A stretch of DNA of 64,000 nucleotides, from NCBI GenBank assembly GCA_963813715.1, contig CAWFAK010000010.1:36730-100729 (forward strand), given 5' to 3'. The translations under genes were made by a program, and so were the position numbers. Of the stretch, positions 33,903-45,840 are shown one piece after another (position 1 is the stretch's first letter; each line of letters starts with the position of its first letter). Source of the DNA: an uncultured Planctomycetaceae bacterium. Lineage in GTDB: Bacteria; Planctomycetota; Planctomycetia; Planctomycetales; Planctomycetaceae. Under the pieces are notes generated by a model that saw nothing but the letters and a program-made list of their open reading frames with translations, was not told the origin of the DNA and searched no databases.

Positions 33903-35120
33903 TTACTGTTGGGGTGCTCCCGGAGGCATCGGTGCTCCCGGCGGGCAAGCCGCACCACCGGGCGCTCCACCTTCAGGCAAGGCCCACTTCGGATACAGGA
34001 CTTCGCCTTCGCGATACACCGGGTGTTCCTCGGTGTATTCGATGTGCTTGACCGGAGGCGGCACACTGTATCCTGGGGTTTCCTTGACGTCGATCAGCAT
34101 GTGGTCGACGGGCTGAGGCAGATGATTTTCCGTAAGGTTCCGCATCGTGAACGAGGTCAGGCTGGCCGGGGCTCCGAAGGGCAAAGCCGGCGGTCCGGGC
34201 AGGCCAATCGGCGTGCCGCTGATCGGCATTCCCCAGACCGGCGTTCCGCCGACTCCCGCGATCGGACCCGGAGCGGCCATTCCGGGACGGCCATATCCCG
34301 CGACCACCATCGGGGCCGGCACGGCCGACAGACCCGCGTCCATCGGCGAGATCGGCATCGGGTCAGCGAACTCTTTCCGATCGCCATCCAGGTAGACCAC
34401 CTGGTTCACGCCGGCGGGGTCGTTGGCCGCAGCCTGGCCGTTGGGCATTTCCATATCCATATTGCCGATGCGGAAGACCGCCAGGATCGTGCCGCGGCGA
34501 TTCGCTTCGGCCACGGGGTCAACTCCGGGCTCCAACCGCGTGGAGACCAGGGTCTCGACGCCCGCAACAGCCAGGGCCTGGTAGCGGGGATCGGGCAGAT
34601 AGATGACCTTGGTGACAAAGTTATTGCTCTCGACCTGGTCGAGGTCTTCGTCGGTGATTTCGATCGGCACCGTGTCATGCGACAGGTACGCGTCGGTCAT
34701 CGGGGCCGCGGGGTAGACCTGCAACGTGGGGTACAGGGTCAAACCTTCGCGTCCGGGAACGTGCGACAGCTTGAGTCGGTAGGTGGCGCCCTGCGGGAAG
34801 TTCTTCCGGGCCGGGGCCGTCTTCTGATTCTCGGCGAAGCCGCCGGGAATCTGCCAACCGATCTGCATGCCCGCGGGTCCGGCAAACCGAACCTGCGTCA
34901 ACTTCAGCACCGAGCCGGGTCCGCCGACCGGAGCCGCCAGCATCGGCAACACGCCGGGGCCGGGGCCGTCAACCATCGGACCCGGACGATAGAGGCGTTC
35001 GGCTGGAGGAGCGTTGTAGACGCCCTTCTCGCAGCCGTTATCGAGGATCTGGCGGCCGTCCAATGAACAGCCGACACAGACCAGGATGAGTGTTCCCAAC
35101 GCCAGAAAGTAATACTTCAT
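33903..35120 (-). CDS. Hypothetical lipoprotein, Pro/Gly-rich C-terminus
   Basis: MKYYFLALGTLILVCVGC lipobox after GGAAGGGG; core domain paralogous to the downstream DUF11 protein. Confidence 0.78.
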   Translation of the reverse strand: MKYYFLALGTLILVCVGCSLDGRQILDNGCEKGVYNAPPAERLYRPGPMVDGPGPGVLPMLAAPVGGPGSVLKLTQVRFAGPAGMQIGWQIPGGFAENQKTAPARKNFPQGATYRLKLSHVPGREGLTLYPTLQVYPAAPMTDAYLSHDTVPIEITDEDLDQVESNNFVTKVIYLPDPRYQALAVAGVETLVSTRLEPGVDPVAEANRRGTILAVFRIGNMDMEMPNGQAAANDPAGVNQVVYLDGDRKEFADPMPISPMDAGLSAVPAPMVVAGYGRPGMAAPGPIAGVGGTPVWGMPISGTPIGLPGPPALPFGAPASLTSFTMRNLTENHLPQPVDHMLIDVKETPGYSVPPPVKHIEYTEEHPVYREGEVLYPKWALPEGGAPGGAACPPGAPMPPGAPQQ

Positions 35121-35366
35121 CACGACCCCTTCCCTGTACGTCGCGACCAATACTGCCGTCGACCTTCGTCCCGAATCGACTAGAATCCCCGCTCGTCGCG
35201 CATGTCGGTCGGCCGCGGAGCCGCCGTTATTTCCGCAGCCGCCTGGTTCATGCCCTTCAGGACTTGGTCCGTCGGGAACGTGCGCCTTCCCCGCGAACGG
35301 CGGACTATTGTGTTTTCGGACTGTTCGTGCCGGAATCTTTGGCAAATCCCATATTTTCCGAAAAAC

Positions 35367-36491
35367 ATGATTAGTCGCCCCAATCTGCCAGTCGTCCTTT
35401 TGCTGAGCGCGGCGCTTTGTTTCAGCCTGAAAAGCTGGGGAAAAGCCGACCCGCCGGCGGTCGGCGCAATGAAGAGCGTCTCCAACCGCACCCCAAAGCC
35501 GACACAAAAGCCCCTCACCTCGACCCCGGCATCGGCAACATCAGCCGGTTCTGCGAACTCAAGTAGCGGACAGACGGCGGGCGGCACGACGGCACCCGGC
35601 TCATCGGCCGCTGGGGCGAAACCGGGAGCAGCTTCGACGAGCGCTGCTTCCGCCGTAGTCTCCAAGACGCCAAGTCCCAACGGGGCCGCACGAACTCCCG
35701 CGACACCGGTACCAACCGACCCCGACGCAGTCTTACGCATGTCGCGCGAACGGCTGACCGGCAACCGCGAAAAGCAGTCCTCCACCGACGTCACGTCGAT
35801 CCGGGCGCGGCTTGTGGAACGCGTCTCAATCAGCGGCCGAAAGTTCCGGCTCGAAGGCACCTATCTGCAAGGGACCGACCTGCGACTGCGGCTCGACCTG
35901 AAGGTCATTCCGGAAAGCTCGCAAAGCCGGGTGGCCGGAGGGCTTCTGGAGGTCTGTAACGGCACGATCCTTTGGGCCAACTATACGGTCGGAAAAGAGA
36001 CTCGCATCACGCGCCGTGACGTTTCCCAAATTCTCAATGCCTCCAAAACAAACGGGGAAATCAATTTCTCCACGGTCGAACTGGGGCTGGGGGGCTTGCC
36101 CGCCCTGATGGCCTCGCTCGATCGCTGGATGAAGTTCGATTCGGTCAAACAGGAAGAAATTAGCGGCAAGAAATTCCTGGTGCTCAGCGGGAAGTGGAAA
36201 GACTCGTGCCTCAAGGATTTGCTCAGCAAAATGAGCAAGCAGCACCTTCCCGAGCACGTCCCAGACTCGGTCCGCATTTATCTCGATCCCGACTGGTTGC
36301 TTCCCAGGCGGATCGCCTTCCTCAAGACGAAAGGCACGCAGATCGAACCGCTCGTCGAACTCGATCTGCTCGAACCCGTGATCAACGCCCCGATCGACGA
36401 GCACCAGTTCGATTTCTCACCGCCGGACGGTGCACGACCCGTGGATGTGACCGCGGAGTACATTAAACAACTGCAAACCGCTGCCCCTTGA
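35367..36491 (+). CDS. Secreted LolA-like/outer-membrane lipoprotein-sorting-like protein
   Basis: Signal peptide and Ser/Thr/Ala linker. C-terminus VRIYLDPDWLLPRRI...INAPIDEHQFDFSPPDGA resembles LolA-fold proteins. Confidence 0.6.
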   Translation: MISRPNLPVVLLLSAALCFSLKSWGKADPPAVGAMKSVSNRTPKPTQKPLTSTPASATSAGSANSSSGQTAGGTTAPGSSAAGAKPGAASTSAASAVVSKTPSPNGAARTPATPVPTDPDAVLRMSRERLTGNREKQSSTDVTSIRARLVERVSISGRKFRLEGTYLQGTDLRLRLDLKVIPESSQSRVAGGLLEVCNGTILWANYTVGKETRITRRDVSQILNASKTNGEINFSTVELGLGGLPALMASLDRWMKFDSVKQEEISGKKFLVLSGKWKDSCLKDLLSKMSKQHLPEHVPDSVRIYLDPDWLLPRRIAFLKTKGTQIEPLVELDLLEPVINAPIDEHQFDFSPPDGARPVDVTAEYIKQLQTAAP

Positions 36492-36607
36492 CCGATCGTG
36501 ATGCCGTCGCGCTCGTGAAGCAGTTGTGAATTGCGATGCAGACCCGCTCGTGACGCACTCGTTGCGGGCGGCGGGTGAGGGCTTGCGAGCCCTGCCCCCA
36601 CCCGCGC

Positions 36608-39600
36608 TCAGTGCGTAACGCTGGCCGATTGCGGATTACTGCCCATCGGCGTCATCGGGAACGAATTCATCCACGGCGGCGTCACCATCGGCACGCCCAT
36701 CGGCGTCTGGTTGAACGCCTCCAGGAAGCGACGGAACGCGTCGTTCATTTGTGGCGCTCCGGTCGTCTTCGCTTGCGGCTGCTGTACCGTCCCCTTGACC
36801 CGCACGCCGATCCAACCCTGGCCGAACAGGTTGGCCAGCTCCTTGAAGTTCGAGCGCTGCCAGGCGCCGGCCGGCCGCGAATAGAAGTTGAGGTCGAGCG
36901 TGCCGTCGAATCGCGCATCCCCTTGCCCGCGCAGGCTGATGGCATCGCCGATCAGGTCGATCTGGCGAAAATTGAATTTCCGCTGCGCAATGTCGAAATT
37001 CGCCAGCGCGTAGTTGAAGGCCGTGTTGTCCGGCTGCGCCAGGCTAAAGGCCTTGAAGATCTGCACGAACAGGGGCAACTCGTAGAGCGCGGCCGGATGG
37101 ATCACCAGCTGCCCGCGGCCCGTCACGTCCTTGGGATTGGGACTGTTCGACGACAGGTCGACCCAGCCGTTCATCAAACCGCGAAGTGAGGCCTGGTTGG
37201 GAATGTAGAGATGCGCATATTCACCTAAGCTGGCGTCGCGCATCACGCCTTTGACGCGGTATCGCGTGCGGTCGGCGTCGAGATGCGCCAGCGCATCCAA
37301 GAGCACGGTCCCGCCGACAAAGCGCGCTGTCATGCGTTGCGATTCCGGAATCGGATCGGCCTGAGCGCCGGGAGCGAGCGGTTGAAACGCCTTGGCCGAC
37401 CCGACGACCAGGTCCTGATTTCGCAACGCGAAAGGCCCCTGCACGCGGGTGAACTGGTGCGTGAAAACGTACATCGAGTTGAGATCGACCGAGCCCTGGG
37501 TCTGAACATTGAGGCCGTCCCATAGTCCCCAGGACCTGACCCTGCCGTGCACGTTGGCCAGCTCAACGCCGGCCGCAATCGTCGCCCCGGAAACGATCGT
37601 CTCAAAGTTCCAAGCGGCCGTGACAGGATCGGTCGGTCGACGTGTTCCGCGAAGCTCGAGCATGCCGTCGAGCGACACGTTGCCCCGCGGGTTAAGTGTG
37701 TTAACCGTGTTCCGCACGACCAGCGGCAAGGCACGGCGCAGCGTTTGATCGGTATTGAGGCCGTTGACCAGCAGACGCTGCAGATGGATCCGCCACTCGC
37801 CGATCGGGTCGTCGGCTGGAGGACAGAGAATGAAGGAAGGCTGGCGCTCGTCGAGGCGAATCTTCGTTTCGTCGTGCCGCGCCTGAAAGCCGAGAATCAA
37901 AATTCGGTCTTTGTCGGAGTTGGGATCGCGACCGTAGGCGAATTGGGCCGCCACGTGATCGACCGGGTAGGGAAAGGAGCGGATTTCCATCGACCCGTCG
38001 GTGACGACCGCCACCGGGACATCGATCTCCGGCTTGGAGCCCGGATGCCACGTCAGCAAGACGTGCGTATTGAGCTTGCCGGTCGGATAGACCAGGTCCC
38101 AGAGCTTTTGCGTCGGCGCCGGGAATGCCAGCTCGAAGTCCCGCTCGATGGCCACGTCGTCGCCGATAATGTCGAGCTTGAGCGTGCCGCGATCGGCCGG
38201 ACCGTTCTTCACGAAGCTGCCGACGCCCCGCAATTGGGCCGGGCCGTGCCGGCCACGTAGATCTTCGAACGACCATGTTCCCAGCCGCGAATCGAACCCG
38301 AAGTGACCGGAAAAATCGGCGATGCGATAGGGAAAATACTGGTACTCCAACGACCCGTCCGCGAGCCGGGCGTCCATCCACCACACGGTTTTCTCACCCG
38401 GTCCGGCCGGGCGGTGGAAGTGGCAATGGACGTCGGCCAGGCCATGCAGCTTGAGCGAGGTGAGCGTGTGATGCAGCGGAGGCTGAGCTTTAGCCGCCGT
38501 AAGCGCGACGTCGTTGATCGGCAGAGACTTCACGTCGAACTCGAAATCGGACTTGGCTTCGGGACCGGGATGGACCACTACACCGCCCAAAGTCACCGGC
38601 CGGCTGCCCGCCTTGCCATTGAGGGCAATGACCAGCGAATTTCCTTTCTGAGTCGCCGTGCCGACGATGTCGGTGATCGGGTAAGGAAACTTCTCATGCA
38701 TGAGCGAGCAGTGTTTGGCCGCTAGCGCCCAACCGGTCGGCTCCCAACCTCCATCGGCGCCGCAAACCAGCGACCCGGCCGCATCCATTTGCCCTTCCGG
38801 CTGAACCATGTCGTACAGCCGTTGCAACGAGGCAGGCAGTCGCGATCGCAACCGGCTGTCGAGCGCCAGATCGGTGACTTTGACATCGACGCGGTTGCCC
38901 GCGGCCGGAACCGGCAGGCGGATTTCTCCATTGAGCCCCAGCCGCGTCGTTCCGTTTTGCGCCTCGAGGTCGCGCAGAATGAGCCGCGAGTTGTCGGCAA
39001 AAATCTTGCCCGCCACCGCCTGCAGGCCAAAGGGGAGCAGCGGATGGTCGATTTCTCCCTGGGCCAGGTCGGCCAGCACTTTGTAAACGAGGGGCTCGTG
39101 GTTTGAATCGCGTCGCAGCTCGAACTGAATCTTGGCCCGGCCTGAAACGTGCGGACCGGCCCCCTCGGCCAGCGGGGCGGGCTCCGTTTGCGGCGCGCTC
39201 GCGGCATCGTTCGACGCGGTGCGGACCGACGAATTAAGCGTTTTGTCGAACGCGGCCATACGTTCGCTGACTTCGGGAAAGGCGTGCACGGCCGAATCGA
39301 CAATATCACCGATATTCGTGCCTGCGGCCGTTCCGCCACTCAAGCGCCAGGTCCGCTTCTCGAGATCGAAACCCCCGTCGAGATGGAAGTCGCCCAGACT
39401 GGGCAGCCGAAAGTCGGCTTCGACCTGGAACACCTTGCGAGCCGATGGGACGAGCCGCACGCCCCCCTGTTGAATGTGAAACGAGGCCGTGGCGGCACTC
39501 GCGTGCGTCAGTTGCAGGCCGATCTGCAGATCGTCGAACGCGACCTCCGGGCACATCTCGTCCGGTTCGGGAAGCGGCAGGATTTTTTCCCAGTTCCAGT

Positions 39601-39967
39601 GGCCACTGGAATCCCGCACGATCCGCACGTCGGGTCGCACGACGTGCACAGCCCGCACGTCGATCCGCAGTTCGTCGGACAGCTGTTCTCCGTCGAGCGT
39701 GACAATGATCTCGGCACAGCGGGCGAGCGGTTGATCGAGCCCCTTTGCGGAGAGCATCACGTTCTGCAAATGGACCTTGTGGCCCCAGAACCACGCGCGG
39801 CCGATTTCGAGCCGGGCGTTCGGCAGCTTTTTGGCGACGAATTCGTAGATTTTCGCCCGCAGCTGCTCGTCGCTATGCGTGAAGAACCAATACGAGTAGC
39901 CGCCCCCTCCCACTCCAGCCAGGAGCAGAAGCGTCGCAATCCATTGCAACGTCTTGCGGACGACCAT
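36608..39967 (-). CDS. AsmA-like/TamB-like large envelope protein
   Basis: 1119 aa, N-terminal TM anchor, beta-rich; C-terminal IDLIGDAISLRGQG...LDLNF...VRVKGTVQQP. Confidence 0.78.
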   Translation of the reverse strand: MVVRKTLQWIATLLLLAGVGGGGYSYWFFTHSDEQLRAKIYEFVAKKLPNARLEIGRAWFWGHKVHLQNVMLSAKGLDQPLARCAEIIVTLDGEQLSDELRIDVRAVHVVRPDVRIVRDSSGHWNWEKILPLPEPDEMCPEVAFDDLQIGLQLTHASAATASFHIQQGGVRLVPSARKVFQVEADFRLPSLGDFHLDGGFDLEKRTWRLSGGTAAGTNIGDIVDSAVHAFPEVSERMAAFDKTLNSSVRTASNDAASAPQTEPAPLAEGAGPHVSGRAKIQFELRRDSNHEPLVYKVLADLAQGEIDHPLLPFGLQAVAGKIFADNSRLILRDLEAQNGTTRLGLNGEIRLPVPAAGNRVDVKVTDLALDSRLRSRLPASLQRLYDMVQPEGQMDAAGSLVCGADGGWEPTGWALAAKHCSLMHEKFPYPITDIVGTATQKGNSLVIALNGKAGSRPVTLGGVVVHPGPEAKSDFEFDVKSLPINDVALTAAKAQPPLHHTLTSLKLHGLADVHCHFHRPAGPGEKTVWWMDARLADGSLEYQYFPYRIADFSGHFGFDSRLGTWSFEDLRGRHGPAQLRGVGSFVKNGPADRGTLKLDIIGDDVAIERDFELAFPAPTQKLWDLVYPTGKLNTHVLLTWHPGSKPEIDVPVAVVTDGSMEIRSFPYPVDHVAAQFAYGRDPNSDKDRILILGFQARHDETKIRLDERQPSFILCPPADDPIGEWRIHLQRLLVNGLNTDQTLRRALPLVVRNTVNTLNPRGNVSLDGMLELRGTRRPTDPVTAAWNFETIVSGATIAAGVELANVHGRVRSWGLWDGLNVQTQGSVDLNSMYVFTHQFTRVQGPFALRNQDLVVGSAKAFQPLAPGAQADPIPESQRMTARFVGGTVLLDALAHLDADRTRYRVKGVMRDASLGEYAHLYIPNQASLRGLMNGWVDLSSNSPNPKDVTGRGQLVIHPAALYELPLFVQIFKAFSLAQPDNTAFNYALANFDIAQRKFNFRQIDLIGDAISLRGQGDARFDGTLDLNFYSRPAGAWQRSNFKELANLFGQGWIGVRVKGTVQQPQAKTTGAPQMNDAFRRFLEAFNQTPMGVPMVTPPWMNSFPMTPMGSNPQSASVTH

Positions 39968-40016
39968 GGTTCGAGGTCTTCAGGCGTCTCGACGGTCTTG
40001 GGCGGGCACAAACGGT

Positions 40017-41329
40017 TCAGGCGCTCGCCGGCGACGCGGGAGTCGTTCCCGCCGCTCGGTTCGGGCCGCGATTGAAATATCTCCAGGCCAGCTGCAGGCC
40101 GACAGCCGACGCGATGCACAGCGGGTATTCGGCCGGCAGCCGATACCTTAGCGATCCCAAAAACAGGGAGTGAATCGCGGCAAAGTACAGGATCGGACCC
40201 AACGTCAACGTCCAGGCCCACACGTTCCGTGGCCCGGCCAGCCAGCCGCCAACGGCGGCAAGCAGAAGGGGGATGAAATACGCCGCGATCGCGATTTTCG
40301 GCAAAACGCCGGCAAACTGCTTGGCGTTTGGCCACATCATCCAGTAGCGCTTGATCTTCTCGAGCGTGAGCCAGGCGGCGCGCCCCGGATGCTCGCGGAC
40401 GAATCGCCAGGCCTCGGTCCGATAATGCTGATCGACGTCGTATTCCGACATGCGTTCGGACAGCCGATCGTCGTCGACGAATTTGAGATCGCTGTCGCCC
40501 GTCGCATGCGGGTTGAAGCCGTCGTACAGGCTCGGCCCGACCCAGAGCGTGGTGAATACCCAATGTCCGGTCACGCGATGGTTGCGCTCAGCCCACGGCA
40601 CGAGCGCCCCGTAAGCGACGAGCACCACCGCCGCCGCGGGAACGAGCCCGCGCACTACCGAATGCTTTTTCGCCATCCACAGCGCGAACAGAACCGCACA
40701 ACCAGGGGCAGCCAGCAGCCAACTGGGCCGCACGTAAACGGCCAGCGCAATCGACAGCCCGGTGAGCGCGGCCCACGCGAGTAGGCGTGGCAGACCGCCG
40801 CCGGCGGCCGCGCTGCAGCGTCAGGCGAGGCCATCGACCACAGGCTGAGCAACAGCCCCGTGGCAAAGAGCGTTTCACTCAACAGGATCACGCTGAATCC
40901 AATCAAGGGCGGAGCGATCGCTGCGATCGCCGCGGCCAAATTCCCGGTGGGTTCGTCGAACAGTTCCCGGCCGAGTCGCGCGACCAGCCAACAATTCAAA
41001 GTTCCGACAACCGCCAACAGCAGGCGTGCGACGAAATACTGCCGCTCGGGCGAAATCCCCCATGCTTCCGACAGGCGAATCGAAGCAGCCACAAATGCGG
41101 GGTAACCGGGCATCCGTTCAACCCGTCGCGGCGGGTCATATAGTTGGTACGGCTCGCCTTGCGCGATCTCCCGTCCCAGTTCCCAATACCCTTCGGCGTC
41201 TCCGGTGATCAGGAAGTGACGCTGCTGCACATCCAGCACATGCTGCAACCAGACGGCGGCCGCCAGCCGCAGCACAAGCGCCCCCAACACAATCCACAAG
41301 AGCGGTCTCTGGGGCGCGATCAGCCGCAT
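40017..41329 (-). CDS. Glycosyltransferase family 39 (ArnT/PMT-like) membrane protein (frameshifted)
   Basis: GDAEGYWELG, RMPGYPAF, LLSETLF, VRPS and GSLRYRLP in ORFs 40655-41329 and 40017-40733. Confidence 0.8.
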
Positions 41330-41490
41330 GGCCGCTTCCCGAACGACCGAAAAATCGGCGGATCGTACGTGCCTTGTCGTGGCACGGTCAATATCAAGAG
41401 CGACGGGGCAGGAAAGGGGAAACGGGCCGCCGACACGAACTGCGGCAGACGGGCCGACCGGGCTGCTAATCGGTGATGAGACAAGATCGG

Positions 41491-42264
41491 CTATTCGATC
41501 ACGAGATAGGAGGGTGTCGGATTGTGCGGCGAACGGTGGAGCGCATAACGATCGAGCCCGAACGTCTCCCGCAGGGCAATCGTTTCACCCGGAAACGCCG
41601 CGAAGTTCAGCTCATCAAAGCCGAGCACGCTGCCGCGCGTCAGCCGATCGCGGATTAGCTCCAGGCACTTTTTCGTCGGCTCGTACAAGTCAAAGTCGAA
41701 ATAGGCCAGCGCGATGATCGTTTCAGGATGAGCGTCGAGATATTCGGCGAGCTTCACCGGTGCGTCGCCTCGAATTAGCTCGAACTTCTTGAGGTGGCCG
41801 ATGGGACTTTCCGACTCGTGGTAGGCGAGCAGCCTCTCGAGATAGTCCTGATAGTTTTCCGACACGTTGTACGCGTTGGCGACGACCGCCGGATCGCGGC
41901 CGTCCTGCGGCGACGGCGGGGGGAAGCCCGAGAACGTGTCGAAGCCGACGATCTTGCGCGTGTAGTTGTAGGGTTCGTACATCCCCCGAAACGATTCGAA
42001 CAGCGCCAGGTTTTGTCCCCAGCGGACCCCGAATTCCACGACGATTCCCGTCACCGGCAGGATCTTTTGATACAGCTCGTGCATCCACAAAATGCGCGAG
42101 AGGGCCTGCCGCTTGATGAACAGCCCCAGATTGTCGAGCCGTTCGGCCGCGGGGATAGGGCAGTTGCCGAACAGCTCGAACAGCGTCTGGCGCCGCGCAC
42201 CGTCCTCGGGCGTCGAGCCCGACTTGACGATGATCTCCGGTCGCGGCGGGGTCGAAGACGTCAT
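41491..42264 (-). CDS. TylF/MycF/NovP-related sugar O-methyltransferase
   Basis: GIVVEFGVRWG, IVGFDTFSGFP, YFDFDLYEPTK, GFDEL and FPGET. Confidence 0.85.
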   Translation of the reverse strand: MTSSTPPRPEIIVKSGSTPEDGARRQTLFELFGNCPIPAAERLDNLGLFIKRQALSRILWMHELYQKILPVTGIVVEFGVRWGQNLALFESFRGMYEPYNYTRKIVGFDTFSGFPPPSPQDGRDPAVVANAYNVSENYQDYLERLLAYHESESPIGHLKKFELIRGDAPVKLAEYLDAHPETIIALAYFDFDLYEPTKKCLELIRDRLTRGSVLGFDELNFAAFPGETIALRETFGLDRYALHRSPHNPTPSYLVIE

Positions 42265-42373
42265 ACGGAACTCTGGGAATACCTCGGACGGAGACTGATG
42301 ATCTGCCGAACGCTGTCGAGAAACGTCCGCGTGTGGCCTCAAGGCCACGCTTTCATCGTATCATGACGGAATC

Positions 42374-43497
42374 ATGAGCGAGGCACTGGAAAATCTCGAT
42401 TATTTGCCGCGGATGCCCCGGAATCCGGCCATCTCGATCGGCTGCATCGGCGCGGGCTTCATCATGGACGAGTGCCACCTTGTCGCGTATCGAGCCGCCG
42501 GGTGGCAACCCGATCGCCATCGCCTCCCGCACGCGGTCGCGCGCGGCCGACGTCGCGGCCCGCCGTGGAATCGAGACCGTCTACGAAGACTACCGCGAAT
42601 TGCTGGCCGACCCGCGCATCGCCGTGGTCGACATCGCCGTGCCGCCCGACGTGCAGCTCGAAGTGGTGCGCGAAGCCGTCCGGCATGCTGACCATGTGCG
42701 AGGCATCCTCGCGCAGAAGCCGCTCGGCGTCAGTTTCGCGCAAGCCCAAGAAATTGTCGCACTTTGCCGGCAGGCGGGCATCACGCTGGCGGTCAATCAG
42801 AACATGCGCTACGACCAGTCGATTCGCGCGTGCCGCGGCCTGCTCGAGCGCGGCGAGCTGGGCACGCCGGTCCTCGCCACGATCGAGATGCGGGCCATTC
42901 CGCACTGGATGCCCTGGCAGCAGCGGCAGGGTTGGGTGACGCTACGGATCATGAGCATCCATCATCTCGACGCGTTCCGCTTTCTGTTCGGCAACCCCGA
43001 GCGGGTCTTTGCCAGCGTGCGGCCCGACCCGCGGACGGCCCAAAATTTCCCGCACGAGGACGGCATCTGCCTCTACATCCTCGAATACGCCAACGGCCTG
43101 CGGGCCGCGGCCTGGGACGACGTGTGGGCCGGGCCCTCGGTCGAAGGGGCCGGCGAGCGACATCGGCATTCGCTGGCGCATCGAGGGAACTGAAGGGTTG
43201 GTCCGCGGCACGATTGGCTGGCCCGATTATCCAAAGCGCACACCCAGCACCCTCGAGTGGAGCAGTCTGCGTCATCCGGGCCGTTGGATTCGTCCGACCT
43301 GGAACGAAGCCTGGTTTCCCGATGCGTTCGCCGGCCCGATGGCCGAGCTGCTCTGCGCCCTGGAGGACGGCTGCGCGCCCGAGTTGAACGGCGAGGACAA
43401 CTTGCACACGATGGCTCTCGTCGACGCCTGCTACATCTCGGCACGCGAGAAACGGGCCGTCGCTCCGGCCGAAGTTTTCGCGGCTGCTTCGCGCTGA
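42374..43497 (+). CDS. Gfo/Idh/MocA family oxidoreductase (frameshifted)
   Basis: [24 protein letters not shown] and MSIHHLD, stitched from three ORFs. Confidence 0.85.
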
Positions 43498-43532
43498 GCG
43501 ATCTTGCGTCCTCGCTCGGACGAAGCCGCGCA

Positions 43533-44945
<1,413 letters not shown>

Positions 44946-45055
44946 GCGACGGCGATCCTCTTAGAGCGCGGCAGAGGGGTTCGAGCGACGGCTGGCGAGC
45001 GGGCAAAAACCGAAGGGCAGCGCCGGTGGCGGTCCGGAGACGGCGCCGATCGAGG

Positions 45056-45703
45056 TCAAACGTTTTTCAGGGTGATCCGGTGGACGACGCACGCCACGTC
45101 GTCGCAGTAGTCGATGGCTTCCTCCACGAGCTGATACAGCTCCTTCCACTTGATCACCTGAAACGCATCGAGCCCGCAGTCGAACAGCTCGGCCAGGAAG
45201 TGATGGTGGATGGCGTCCCCTTCCTCTTCCGCCTCGTGGACGGCGATGATCAATTGATCGAGGGACATTTTGCCGTTTTTCGGGCGTCGCAGCTCTTTCA
45301 TCCGCCGCAGGGCGGTGACCGCGTCGCCCATCAACCGGCTGGCTTTGACCAGCACTTCGCACTGATTGACGAAGTCCTGGCGCACCGATTCGATCTTGTA
45401 AAACATCATCCGCTGGGCGACGGCATCGATCATGTCGACCACGTCGTCGATCCGGGTGATCAAGCTGTAGACGTCTTCACGGTCGATGGGCGTGATATAG
45501 GTCTGTTCGAGCCGATCGAGCGTCTCGTGCGTTACGCGGTCGCCCGTGTGCTCCGCGTCCATAATCGCCGTCACCAGCTCGTTGCGGCGATAGTCCCCCA
45601 CCTTGGCGTATTCCAGGAGGAGGGTCGCGGAATGGACGGCGTTTTGTACGGCGCGATCGAAGCAGTCAAAGAACTCGAGATTCTTCGGCAAGAGGCCAAA
45701 CAT
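45056..45703 (-). CDS. DUF47 / PhoU-like phosphate transport regulator
   Basis: EHTGDRVTH...TYITPIDREDVYSL...DDVVD; EEEGD; IKWKELYQLVEEAID. Confidence 0.9.
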   Translation of the reverse strand: MFGLLPKNLEFFDCFDRAVQNAVHSATLLLEYAKVGDYRRNELVTAIMDAEHTGDRVTHETLDRLEQTYITPIDREDVYSLITRIDDVVDMIDAVAQRMMFYKIESVRQDFVNQCEVLVKASRLMGDAVTALRRMKELRRPKNGKMSLDQLIIAVHEAEEEGDAIHHHFLAELFDCGLDAFQVIKWKELYQLVEEAIDYCDDVACVVHRITLKNV

Positions 45704-45840
45704 GAAGTCCTCGTCGGCGATCGAAGCGCAATTCGCCCACTACGACAGAAATGCGCGTCCTTGAGGATATTGCGACAGCGACGGCTTCTCAAGCCGCTCC
45801 GCCGGTCCCTCGTGGGCGCTTCGGGCCGCGCGATGCCAAC

